Assembly (NCBI GenBank): GCA_963821525.1
Contig: CAWGED010000001.1
Location: forward strand, 1-44,171
From: an uncultured Gemmatimonadales bacterium
Lineage (GTDB): Bacteria; Gemmatimonadota; Gemmatimonadetes; Gemmatimonadales; GWC2-71-9
Reading direction: 5' to 3'
DNA: 44,171 nt
Shown here piece after piece: positions 31,352 through 39,330 of this stretch. Within the stretch, counting starts at the first letter, position 1, and each line of letters begins with the position of its first letter. The notes under the pieces were generated by a model. It saw only the letters and a list, made by a program, of their open reading frames with translations, ran no database searches and was not told where the DNA came from. Made by a program: the position numbers and the translations under genes.

Positions 31352-34300
31352 TCAGTACCCCAGCCGAAGCCCGATCCGGACCACGCGGCCCTCACCGCGG
31401 CGGATGAGCAGTTTTCCGAAGTGCGGATTGGCGACGAGGGGTAGCACCACGTTCCCCTGCGCATCGGTGGTGATGCTGCCGCTCGGATCAATCAGCAGGA
31501 GCGCACGGTCAACCAGGCCCGTCTCCGTGGCGACCAGGTTGAAGGCATCGAGAGTCACCTCGAGGTTGCCCGAGGAACCCATGGGAATCCCCAGACTGGC
31601 ACTCAGGTCCAGCGCATGATTCGAGGCCTCGCGGCAGCCGTTGCGCTCCAGTAGTCCGGCCTGGCCCTGGAGGCAGGCATTATCGGAGACCACACTCGAC
31701 ATCCCCGGAGTATTGAGATCCAGGTAAGCCGGATCGTTACGGCCCGACCCATCGCCGTTGGCATCTACGCCGGCGCGGAAGCCTGGGGTGAAGGGCAAGC
31801 CAGACCGGAAGCGATAACGGAGGCCGAGCCCAATGGGATACTTCCCGGCGGTCCGGTAGGCGGCAGAGACCCGCGCCCGGTGAGGAATGTCGAAATCCGA
31901 GCGTCCCCGAATCCACTCGCTGCCCACCGGATCATTGGGGAAGGGACTCAGTTGGTCCGCGGGGTCTCCGGTCGCGGGCGCCGATTCCCAGTTGTCGGTC
32001 GTGTGGGAATAAGTATATGAGCCGGCGAAGGAGAGCCCGGTGAGGGGGCGCCGCGCGATTTCCAACCCGGCCTCGTAGTAGTCGGAGAATCCGGTCGGCG
32101 CCATCTCACTGACCATATCGAAGGTACCGAACCGCCGGTTGCTGCCGGGAGCGGCCGTGATCATGCCGCCCTGCTGCACCAGGGTGCCGTAGATCGGCCG
32201 CCCCTCGGAGGTCAACGCCAGCGGCGCATTCGGAAGGTTGATATCGCTGCGCCTGAGCAGGTAGTCGGTGTGGTGGTACCCGCCGCTCAGGCTGATGGCC
32301 ACCCCGGAACTCAGGGTACGCGTCACGGCGCCGTCCAGCTTGGTGGCGCGAGGCGCCTCGTAGCGGTTGTCGATGAAGGTGATCCGGTCTCCCACAAACG
32401 GAGCGGTCCCAACCGTGTCGGGATTGACCGGCCACGAGCTGAAGGTGCCCTGGCCGCGGCGTACCCGGAGACCGCCGTCCGCCACAACGGCTTCACTGAG
32501 GGTGGCCGGGTCAAGTTGTCCGTAGCTGAGCGATCCACCAGCCCGGACAATCCATTCCTGTTTGTTGTCAACGTCCCACACCAGGCCGAAGCGGGGCTCG
32601 AGGTTGTCGCCATCGTTGGGGATGAACTGGTTCTGCCGGTTGAAGGCGTTCTGGAACGCGTTATTTGGGTTGATCGGGTTGTCGCTGGACTTGGTGGGAA
32701 GCTTCTGCCGGCTCCACCCGATGCCTATGGTGACGACGATGCCACGATCCACCGTCCAGGCGTCCTGGCCAAACAGCCCCCAATCCGTCGTCCGAAAGTC
32801 GGCGACATCGGAGGAGGAGACCGTCTGGATGTAGGTGCCCTCCGCGTTCCCGAACTGGTCCAGATCGCCAAACTGGAAAATCCCGTCTCGCCCGTAGGAG
32901 TAGGACTGGGTCCAGGAGGTCGAGGAGAATTGAAATCCGGCCTTGAAGACGTGGTTCCGGGCCAGCCGCATGTGGAAGGTCTCGGTGATGTCAAACGCAT
33001 TGGCCTTGAAGGTGGCCGGCGTAGCTGGCGCGGAACCGATTCCCGCGGCCTCACCGATGAAATAGGTGGTCGGGAGGCTCGGCCCGGCCCATTCGCGATT
33101 GGTGGTGCGATGGGCGAAGCGAAACTCGTTGCCGCTGTTGAGCCACATCGAGGTCAGCGTCAGCCCGCCGGAAAAATCGCGAGCGTCGAGATCGGTGCCG
33201 AAATTGGTGAGGACATCCTGACCCAGGATGGGATCGTCTTCCTTCCATTTCGCTATCGAGAAGCGAGCCATCAGATTGTGCGTCTTGGTGGGCGACTTGG
33301 ACAACTGCCAATCCAGACGAGCACCGCCAGAGCCACCTTTCCAGGTCCGCAGGGTTGGCTGGGTGAAGTTGTCGACCGTTTGCCCGAAGCTGTCATTGGC
33401 AATCCGGGCGATGCTGCTGCTGAGGGAAACCGGCGCCCCACCAAAGCTCGCGCTATCCTCGGCCCAAGGGGCGGAGGACGGCTGCTCCAGGTCCTGATAG
33501 TCGAAGCCGGCGACGAACTGTGCCGAGTTCTTGATGAGGGCACCGCTCACGACTGCTCCGGCCTGGATCGACGTGACGGAGGAATCGGCTGGGTTGTCTT
33601 CAGTCGCGAGTGCCTGTTTCCCGCTGAAAGTGACGTAGGGTTGGAAGCGGAAAGTATTGCTTCCTCGCCGGCTGTAACCGCTCAGAATGGTTCCCGGCCC
33701 GCCGCGCCATTCTCCATCGAAACTGTTCTCGATGACCTGAGCCTGCTCGAACATGCTCCGGAGATACACCGGGCTGCCGGCCGGTTCGGTGGGCAGGCCA
33801 GGGTGGCGGAGCCAAAAGCCAGGGAGGCCGTCTACGGACAGCTTGCTCTGTGACTGTGGGAGGCCTCCGGCCATCTGTGCATAGCCCCAATGTCCATCAC
33901 GGGGCGCTGACACGATCGACGACCCGCGGCTCAAGTCGCTCAGGTCACTGCGCCACGCCGAGGTCTTCAATTCCCGATCGTTGAAATACTGCCCAATCGA
34001 GGTCCCGGTGGGCGGCTCTCCCCGCTCGGGATAGGGGATTTCCTCGATGCTCGTGATCGGGGGCGGACGCCGAGTGAGGGCGATCCGCAACTCGGTTGTG
34101 CGCCCGGCGAAGACCCGTACGCCGTTCTGACGAACCGGCTGGTATCCCGCCAGTTCCACGAGCACCGAATAGGTGCCCGGCGCGATGAGATGGAGGTTGA
34201 ACCGGCCGAGGTAGTCCGCTTTGAAGGAAATCCGGGAGCCGGTGGACTGGCTGAGCAAAGTCACTTGCGGCTTCCCGATGGGCGCACCTTGTGGGGAAAC

Positions 34301-34426
34301 CACCTCACCGATGACGCGTCCTTCGGTGATACTCTGAGCGTGGATAAGGCCCGGAACCGTCCACGCTAGTGCGAGGACTGCGGCCACCATATGCGTACGG
34401 GCACGCAATCCCGCGGATTGGGCCAT
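31352..34426 (-). CDS. Oar-like TonB-dependent receptor with N-terminal carboxypeptidase-regulatory-like domain
   Basis: Intact ORF of about 1020 aa. Signal peptide ending IHAQ, GRVIGEV...GRFNLHLIAPGTYSVLVELAGYQ, then barrel strands (GLFGQDAWTV, NLEPRFGLVWD, SYTYS, RSDFDIPHR, DAFNL) and a terminal aromatic residue (GLRLGY). Confidence 0.88.
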   Translation of the reverse strand: MAQSAGLRARTHMVAAVLALAWTVPGLIHAQSITEGRVIGEVVSPQGAPIGKPQVTLLSQSTGSRISFKADYLGRFNLHLIAPGTYSVLVELAGYQPVRQNGVRVFAGRTTELRIALTRRPPPITSIEEIPYPERGEPPTGTSIGQYFNDRELKTSAWRSDLSDLSRGSSIVSAPRDGHWGYAQMAGGLPQSQSKLSVDGLPGFWLRHPGLPTEPAGSPVYLRSMFEQAQVIENSFDGEWRGGPGTILSGYSRRGSNTFRFQPYVTFSGKQALATEDNPADSSVTSIQAGAVVSGALIKNSAQFVAGFDYQDLEQPSSAPWAEDSASFGGAPVSLSSSIARIANDSFGQTVDNFTQPTLRTWKGGSGGARLDWQLSKSPTKTHNLMARFSIAKWKEDDPILGQDVLTNFGTDLDARDFSGGLTLTSMWLNSGNEFRFAHRTTNREWAGPSLPTTYFIGEAAGIGSAPATPATFKANAFDITETFHMRLARNHVFKAGFQFSSTSWTQSYSYGRDGIFQFGDLDQFGNAEGTYIQTVSSSDVADFRTTDWGLFGQDAWTVDRGIVVTIGIGWSRQKLPTKSSDNPINPNNAFQNAFNRQNQFIPNDGDNLEPRFGLVWDVDNKQEWIVRAGGSLSYGQLDPATLSEAVVADGGLRVRRGQGTFSSWPVNPDTVGTAPFVGDRITFIDNRYEAPRATKLDGAVTRTLSSGVAISLSGGYHHTDYLLRRSDINLPNAPLALTSEGRPIYGTLVQQGGMITAAPGSNRRFGTFDMVSEMAPTGFSDYYEAGLEIARRPLTGLSFAGSYTYSHTTDNWESAPATGDPADQLSPFPNDPVGSEWIRGRSDFDIPHRARVSAAYRTAGKYPIGLGLRYRFRSGLPFTPGFRAGVDANGDGSGRNDPAYLDLNTPGMSSVVSDNACLQGQAGLLERNGCREASNHALDLSASLGIPMGSSGNLEVTLDAFNLVATETGLVDRALLLIDPSGSITTDAQGNVVLPLVANPHFGKLLIRRGEGRVVRIGLRLGY

Positions 34427-34476
34427 GAACTGTCCAGATAGGGGGAGAGTGCGGACTACTAGGTGTTGATGGATAG

Positions 34477-34492
34477 TGCAGTTATGATGCCA
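34477..34492 (-). promoter_or_regulatory. Candidate sigma-54 promoter of the TonB receptor operon
   Basis: Minus strand TGGCATCATAACTGCA, 51 bp upstream of ATG 34426, in a divergent gap. Confidence 0.55.
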
Positions 34493-34526
34493 ACCGCGCA
34501 AGACGGATAATCCTTTGAGGAAGGGT

Positions 34527-35756
34527 GTGACCCGACAAACAAAAGCGGGCTTGATCTGCACCGCGCTCGCTCTCTGTCTCATCGGCTATTTCACGCTACG
34601 GCCGGTGCCGGAGCAAGCTGCCGCGGTTGCCGAAACCTCACCCTGGTGCATCGTCAGGTGCGGTGATCTTGGGCTGCTCGACATCATCCTCAACATTCTG
34701 CTTTTTCTTCCGCTCGGCATCGGCCTCGGGCTGTTGCGGGGGACCCGCGCCGCGGTGGCGATCGGGTTCTTGTACAGTGTCGCCATCGAACTGACCCAGC
34801 TTTTTCTGATAGCGGGCCGGGATGCGAGCCTGCGCGATGTGATCACCAACACACTCGGTAGCGGACTCGGCGCCTCGCTAGTGGCACTTTGGCGCCCGAT
34901 TCTGCTGTGCCAGGCCCACACTGCCCGCCGCCTCGCAACGATCGCCGGTCTCGGTTGGCTAGTCGTTCTCGCCGGAACCAGTTTTGCCGCTCAACCATCC
35001 CTCCCTCAGTCCACCTGGTACGGACAGTGGGGACCGGAGCTGGGGCAATTCGACACCTTCCCGGGAACCGTCAGAGACGTCCATCTCGACAAGATCTTTC
35101 TCCCCTCTGGAATACTGGCCAACGGCAGCGAGGTCCGGGACACGCTTCTCACCCAACGGTACCGACTGCAGGCTTCGGCAGTGGTAGAGGGATCCACCGA
35201 ACACGAAGCGCCGATTTTCTCGATCTTCGACGATCAGCAGCAGGAAATTCTGGTGCTGGCGCAGGCGGGTCACACCATTCATTTCAGAACCCGCACGCGC
35301 GCCGCCGACCTGGAGGTCCGAAGTCCGACAGTCCGCCTGGAGGGATTCCCGACCGAGCCTGGCACTCCGGTAGAGATCACCATTCTTCGGGATGGGCCGA
35401 GCCTTTCGCTTTCGATCGACAATTCACAGGGTCAGGAACGGTGGACCAGCCGAACGACCGTTGGATCCGGTTGGGCCATGCTCCTGCCGTGGGAGTATGC
35501 CTCCGGACCCGAGGCCTCACTCGGCTCCTTACTGTGGCTTGGCGGTATGCTGATACCTGCCGGTTACTGGTCAGGACGCTGCGGCGCAGGTCGGGCAATG
35601 CCGCTGGTTCTGCTCGCCATGATCGCGGCGGGGCTGATTCTGGTCCCAAGCTGGTTCGGAATGGCCGCCTCCCCCTGGTCGGAATGGGTGGGAAGCATTG
35701 CCGGTGCGGCCACCGGCTGGTTCGCCGGGCGCGCGACACCTAGCAACGCCTCATGA
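34527..35756 (+). CDS. VanZ-family membrane protein with a large extracytoplasmic domain
   Basis: DIILNILLFLPLG, SVAIELTQLF..GRDASLRDVITNTLG (VanZ), then a roughly 170-aa soluble region and three further TM helices. Confidence 0.85.
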   Translation: MTRQTKAGLICTALALCLIGYFTLRPVPEQAAAVAETSPWCIVRCGDLGLLDIILNILLFLPLGIGLGLLRGTRAAVAIGFLYSVAIELTQLFLIAGRDASLRDVITNTLGSGLGASLVALWRPILLCQAHTARRLATIAGLGWLVVLAGTSFAAQPSLPQSTWYGQWGPELGQFDTFPGTVRDVHLDKIFLPSGILANGSEVRDTLLTQRYRLQASAVVEGSTEHEAPIFSIFDDQQQEILVLAQAGHTIHFRTRTRAADLEVRSPTVRLEGFPTEPGTPVEITILRDGPSLSLSIDNSQGQERWTSRTTVGSGWAMLLPWEYASGPEASLGSLLWLGGMLIPAGYWSGRCGAGRAMPLVLLAMIAAGLILVPSWFGMAASPWSEWVGSIAGAATGWFAGRATPSNAS

Positions 35757-35788
35757 TAGGATTGGCGGTTGAATAAGACCTCCAGCGT

Positions 35789-36433
35789 GAGCCCCGAAGG
35801 GGCTCCGCACCGTAGTCAGGGTGACCGCCGATGCGCAGCGCCCCGAAGGGGCGCTGCAACGATTCGTCCCAAGATTGAGGATCGGTTGATCCGTCGCCAC
35901 CATCGTGAATCGTGGCCGGGACATATACCAGACTCAATTTTCACATCGTATTCTCCACCTGGAGGCGGCAGCGAATCATCGCGCCCACGTGGCGTCCCAA
36001 TCTCCACGCATTCCTTGGTGGAGCACTTCGCACGCTGGACGCCGTCGGTCTGGCCGTCGGCGGCCCCGAGGACCACGTGCACATCCTGGCCGGCCTCAAG
36101 CCGGTTCATCGACTATCTGACATCGTTCGGGACATCAAGCACGCCTCCTGCCAAAGGGTTCACGAGCAGATCGGGGTTCCGCACTTCCGGTGGCAGGAGG
36201 GATACGGAGCATTCACGGTCGGCTATCGAGAAGTCGAAGGTGTGACCAGATACATCCGCGCTCAGGAGGCCCACCACCAAAGGATCGACTTCCAGAGCGA
36301 ATATCTCCGCATGCTTCAGGCAAACAGCGTCGATTACCGCCGAGAATTCGTCTTTTGACTGTCCAGCGCCCCTTCGGGGCGCCGTGGTCGCGGGGCAGCT
36401 TCAGCTAGAGTTCAGCGCCCCTTCGGGGCGCTG
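35789..36433. mobile_element. REP-flanked Y1 transposase element (RAYT/IS200-like)
   Basis: Left palindromes GAGCCCC-GAA-GGGGCTC (35789-35805) and GCAGCGCCCC-GAA-GGGGCGCTGC (35835-35857). Right copies are in reverse orientation with TTC loops (36364-36384, 36413-36433). Confidence 0.8.
35912..36358 (+). CDS. tnpA: IS200/IS605-family (Y1) HuH transposase
   Basis: FHIVFST, DHVHIL (HuH), WQEGYGAFTV and RYIRAQEAHH (catalytic Tyr). 148 aa, with no tnpB next to it. Confidence 0.92.
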   Translation: MAGTYTRLNFHIVFSTWRRQRIIAPTWRPNLHAFLGGALRTLDAVGLAVGGPEDHVHILAGLKPVHRLSDIVRDIKHASCQRVHEQIGVPHFRWQEGYGAFTVGYREVEGVTRYIRAQEAHHQRIDFQSEYLRMLQANSVDYRREFVF

Positions 36434-36492
36434 CAATCCAATTGCGAGGTCGAAGCGATTCCCGAGGTCTTTCAAGAGCGTAGATTCCCTCC

Positions 36493-37704
36493 ATGGCCCT
36501 CCCCTTCAGGCAACGCATTCTCCTGGCCCTCGTGCTCGTGGGCGTGATCCCGACGTCGATCGCACTGATCGGTTGGGTGCTGGCGGTGCGGGGGAACAAT
36601 CCGGCCACCGCAACCCGGGCGGCCGTGGAGCAGTTGAGCGTCACCGGCAGGGACCTGGCTCAGACGGTGGATTCAACCCGGCTTAGTCCAGCCGAGCGAA
36701 AAGCGCTTTCCTCCCACCTCCGGGAGCTCAATCGCACATTGAGCCGGATGCAGCGGGCCGAGGCTTACGCCCGGTATTACTACGCCGGTCTCACTGCCGC
36801 GGTACTCGCTCTGGGCCTGCTGGTGCTCTACCTCTCGGTGCGGGTGGGCGGCTACCTCTCCCGGCAATTGAGCCGGCCGATCGACGAGCTGGTCGGATGG
36901 ACGGGCCACATTCTTCGAGAAGAGACGCTGCCTCCGGACGAGCCACAGCGGGGTGCACCCGAATTCGCAGCCCTCCGCCGCGCGCTCAGGGAAATGGCCG
37001 CGGGGCTGGCCCAGGCGCGCGCCCGGCAAGTCGAGGCGGCGCGGCTACGCACGTTCCGCGAGGTCGCGCGACAGGTGGCGCACGAGATGAAGAACCCGCT
37101 CACGCCGATCCGGTTCGCGGTGGCCCAGCTCTCCCGCTCAGCGACGGCGGGACAAAGGGAGCCTCTGGAAGTCCTGACTGCGGAGGCGGGAAGACTCGAG
37201 GCGCTGGCGCGGGAATTCACCGAGTTCGGCCGATTGCCCGAAGGTCCCGCCGCCGAGGTTGATCTCGGTGAACTGCTCGCCGAGCTGGGACAGACCAGTC
37301 TGCCGCCGGGGATGGAATCGAAGCTGAGCGTGCAGCTCTCCACCCCTCGGATCGTGGGGCACTACGAACCCCTCCGGCGAGCCTTCAGCAATCTGCTTCG
37401 CAATGCGGCCGAGGCATGTGGAGGCACCGGCACGGTCGAGCTGGAGGTCGGACCACTCAACGCGAGCGGCGCACGGGTGGTGATGCGGGACCATGGTCCC
37501 GGCGTCCCGTCGGAAATCCGGGACCGGCTCTTCGATCCGTACGTCACGGCGAAAGCCGGCGGCACCGGTCTGGGCCTGGCGCTGGTCCGCCAGACGATCG
37601 AGGACCACGGCGGCACCATCAGACTGGAAGACACACCGGGTGGGGGGGCGACGTTTGTGGTGGAGCTGGCTGGCCAGAGGAAAAACGTGAGACGTGAGAC
37701 GTGA
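36493..37704 (+). CDS. Sensor histidine kinase (two TM helices, HAMP, HisKA, HATPase; NtrY-like H box)
   Basis: REVARQVAHEMKNPLTPI, NLLRNAAEA, DHGPG, LFDPYVTAKAGGTGLGL. Confidence 0.93.
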   Translation: MALPFRQRILLALVLVGVIPTSIALIGWVLAVRGNNPATATRAAVEQLSVTGRDLAQTVDSTRLSPAERKALSSHLRELNRTLSRMQRAEAYARYYYAGLTAAVLALGLLVLYLSVRVGGYLSRQLSRPIDELVGWTGHILREETLPPDEPQRGAPEFAALRRALREMAAGLAQARARQVEAARLRTFREVARQVAHEMKNPLTPIRFAVAQLSRSATAGQREPLEVLTAEAGRLEALAREFTEFGRLPEGPAAEVDLGELLAELGQTSLPPGMESKLSVQLSTPRIVGHYEPLRRAFSNLLRNAAEACGGTGTVELEVGPLNASGARVVMRDHGPGVPSEIRDRLFDPYVTAKAGGTGLGLALVRQTIEDHGGTIRLEDTPGGGATFVVELAGQRKNVRRET

Positions 37705-37797
37705 GAGGTGAGAGGTGGGGACGCACGCTCCTCGCTCTTAAGACCTCACTCCTTTCTGTTCCCCGCTAACCGCTTACCGCTCACCACTTGCCGCCGA
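37686..37797. repeat. Paired heptamer arrays between kinase and regulator
   Basis: (CGTGAGA)x3 GGTGAGA GGTGGGG at 37686-37720 contains the kinase stop. CCGCTAA CCGCTTA CCGCTCA CCACTTG CCGCCGA follow at 37763-37797. Confidence 0.8.
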
Positions 37798-37815
37798 CTA
37801 TCTTCCCTTCCACCT

Positions 37816-39244
37816 ATGTCCCATCGCATTCTGATCGTCGACGACGAGGCCAACATCCGGCGGATGCTGGGGGCGCTGCTTCGTTCCGAAGGATTCACGG
37901 TGGAAGAGGCGGGAAACGGCCATGCGGCGTTGCTCGGCGTGGAACGAGGCCGAGCCGGACGTGATGTTTCTCGATCTGATGATGCCACCGGGCCCGGATG
38001 GACTCGAGACGCTCCGGAGCCTCCGGGAACGCCGGATCGAAGTGCCAGTCATCATGATGAGCGGCAAAGCCCAGCTCGCGGATGCCGTACGGGCGACACA
38101 ACTCGGCGCCTTCCAGTTTCTGGAGAAGCCGCTCAGCCCCGAAGCAGTCCTCGTCACCCTGCGTTCGGCGATCGAGCTGGGGCGGGCGCGCACGCAGAAT
38201 CGTGCCCTGCAGGAGGCATTGGGCCAGCGGCAGGAGATGGTCGGCTCCACCCCGGCTATTGCCCAGGTCCGGCAGCTCATCTCCCAGGTTGCGACCACCG
38301 ATGCCCGGGTGCTCATCACTGGAGAATCGGGCACCGGCAAGGAGTTGGTCGCGGCAGCGATCCACCGGGCGAGTCGCCGATCTCGAGGGCCCTTCGTGAC
38401 AGTCAACTGCGCGGCGATTCCGCGGGAACTGGTGGAATCGGAGATGTTCGGCCACGAGCGTGGCGCTTTTACCGGAGCGCACGAACGCCGGCTGGGCCGG
38501 TTCGAGCTGGCAGACAGCGGAACCCTGTTCCTTGACGAGGTAGGCGACCTGAATCTCGAGGCCCAGGCCAAGCTACTCCGGACCCTGGAGACTGGCGTCC
38601 TTCAGCGGCTGGGCGCCGAGCAGCCGACCGCAGTTGATGTTCGGGTCGTATCCGCGACCAATCGCAAGCTGGATCGCAGCGAGGCCGGCGGCAGCTTCCG
38701 GGAGGACCTCTATTTCCGGCTCAACATCTTCCCCATTCACCTGCCGCCGCTCCGCGAACGGCTGGATGACCTTCCTGGCCTGGTCGCTCATCTTGCAGGA
38801 CGGGTTCGGCCCGGGAAGCCACAAACATTCACCCCGGTGGCACTCGCGACGTTACGGAGCTATCGCTGGCCGGGAAACATCCGGGAACTGGCCAACGTGG
38901 TGGAGCGGCTCGCGATTCTGGGTGGCGAAGTGGTGGACGAGCATGCCGTAGGACGAGTCCTCCCCCTGGGAGGAGCAGCCGGCGATGCGATGCGCGCTGG
39001 AGACAACACCCGTGCCTCCGCAGCCGGCCAGCCCGAGGTTCTGGCCGGTGCGGCTGAATTCGACGGTGGTCTCCCCCTGGCCGAAGCGCTCGATGCCCAT
39101 GAACGACAACTGATTGGTGCGGCCCTCTCGCGCGCAGGAGGCAACGTGGCGGAAACCGCTCGGATGCTTCAGACCGACCGCGCGAACCTGTATCGCCGCA
39201 TGAAACGGCTGGGCCTCATTTCCAAAGAAGTGGGCGGAGAGTGA
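37816..39244 (+). CDS. Sigma-54-dependent response regulator (NtrC/NtrX family; one frameshift near 37940)
   Basis: ILIVDDE receiver, DVMFLDLMMP, GESGTGKE, ESEMFGHERGAFTGA, LFLDEVG, FREDLYFRL, WPGNIREL and a Fis-type HTH (NVAETARML..DRANLYRRM). Confidence 0.95.
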
Positions 39245-39321
39245 GGGTACTGAGTACCGAGTATCGGGTACCGAGTACCGAGTACCGACCTCCGAGTTCC
39301 GAGTTCCGAGTTCCGAGTTCG
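39245..39321 (+). repeat. Eleven-unit heptamer tandem array GAGT(A/T)CC
   Basis: GGGTACT GAGTACC GAGTATC GGGTACC (GAGTACC)x2 GACCTCC (GAGTTCC)x3 GAGTTCG, starting immediately after the regulator stop. Confidence 0.9.
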
Positions 39322-39330
39322 GCGAGGACA

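Noticed and set aside
32270..33853. 527-aa plus-strand ORF and other long antisense ORFs (e.g. 27646..28440, 41786..42529)
   Set aside because: They are shadows of well-supported opposite-strand genes in GC-rich DNA and show no recognisable motifs.
34527..35756. Glycopeptide resistance gene
   Set aside because: The VanZ-like family is broad and no vanHAX/vanRS genes are nearby.
36493..39244. Naming the pair prsK/prsR or ntrY/ntrX
   Set aside because: The kinase lacks the long multi-TM/GAF region of PrsK and the PAS region of NtrY, so orthology cannot be assigned by eye.
39245..39321. CRISPR array or DGR repeat
   Set aside because: The units are contiguous 7-mers without spacers, and there is no cas or reverse transcriptase gene in the window.
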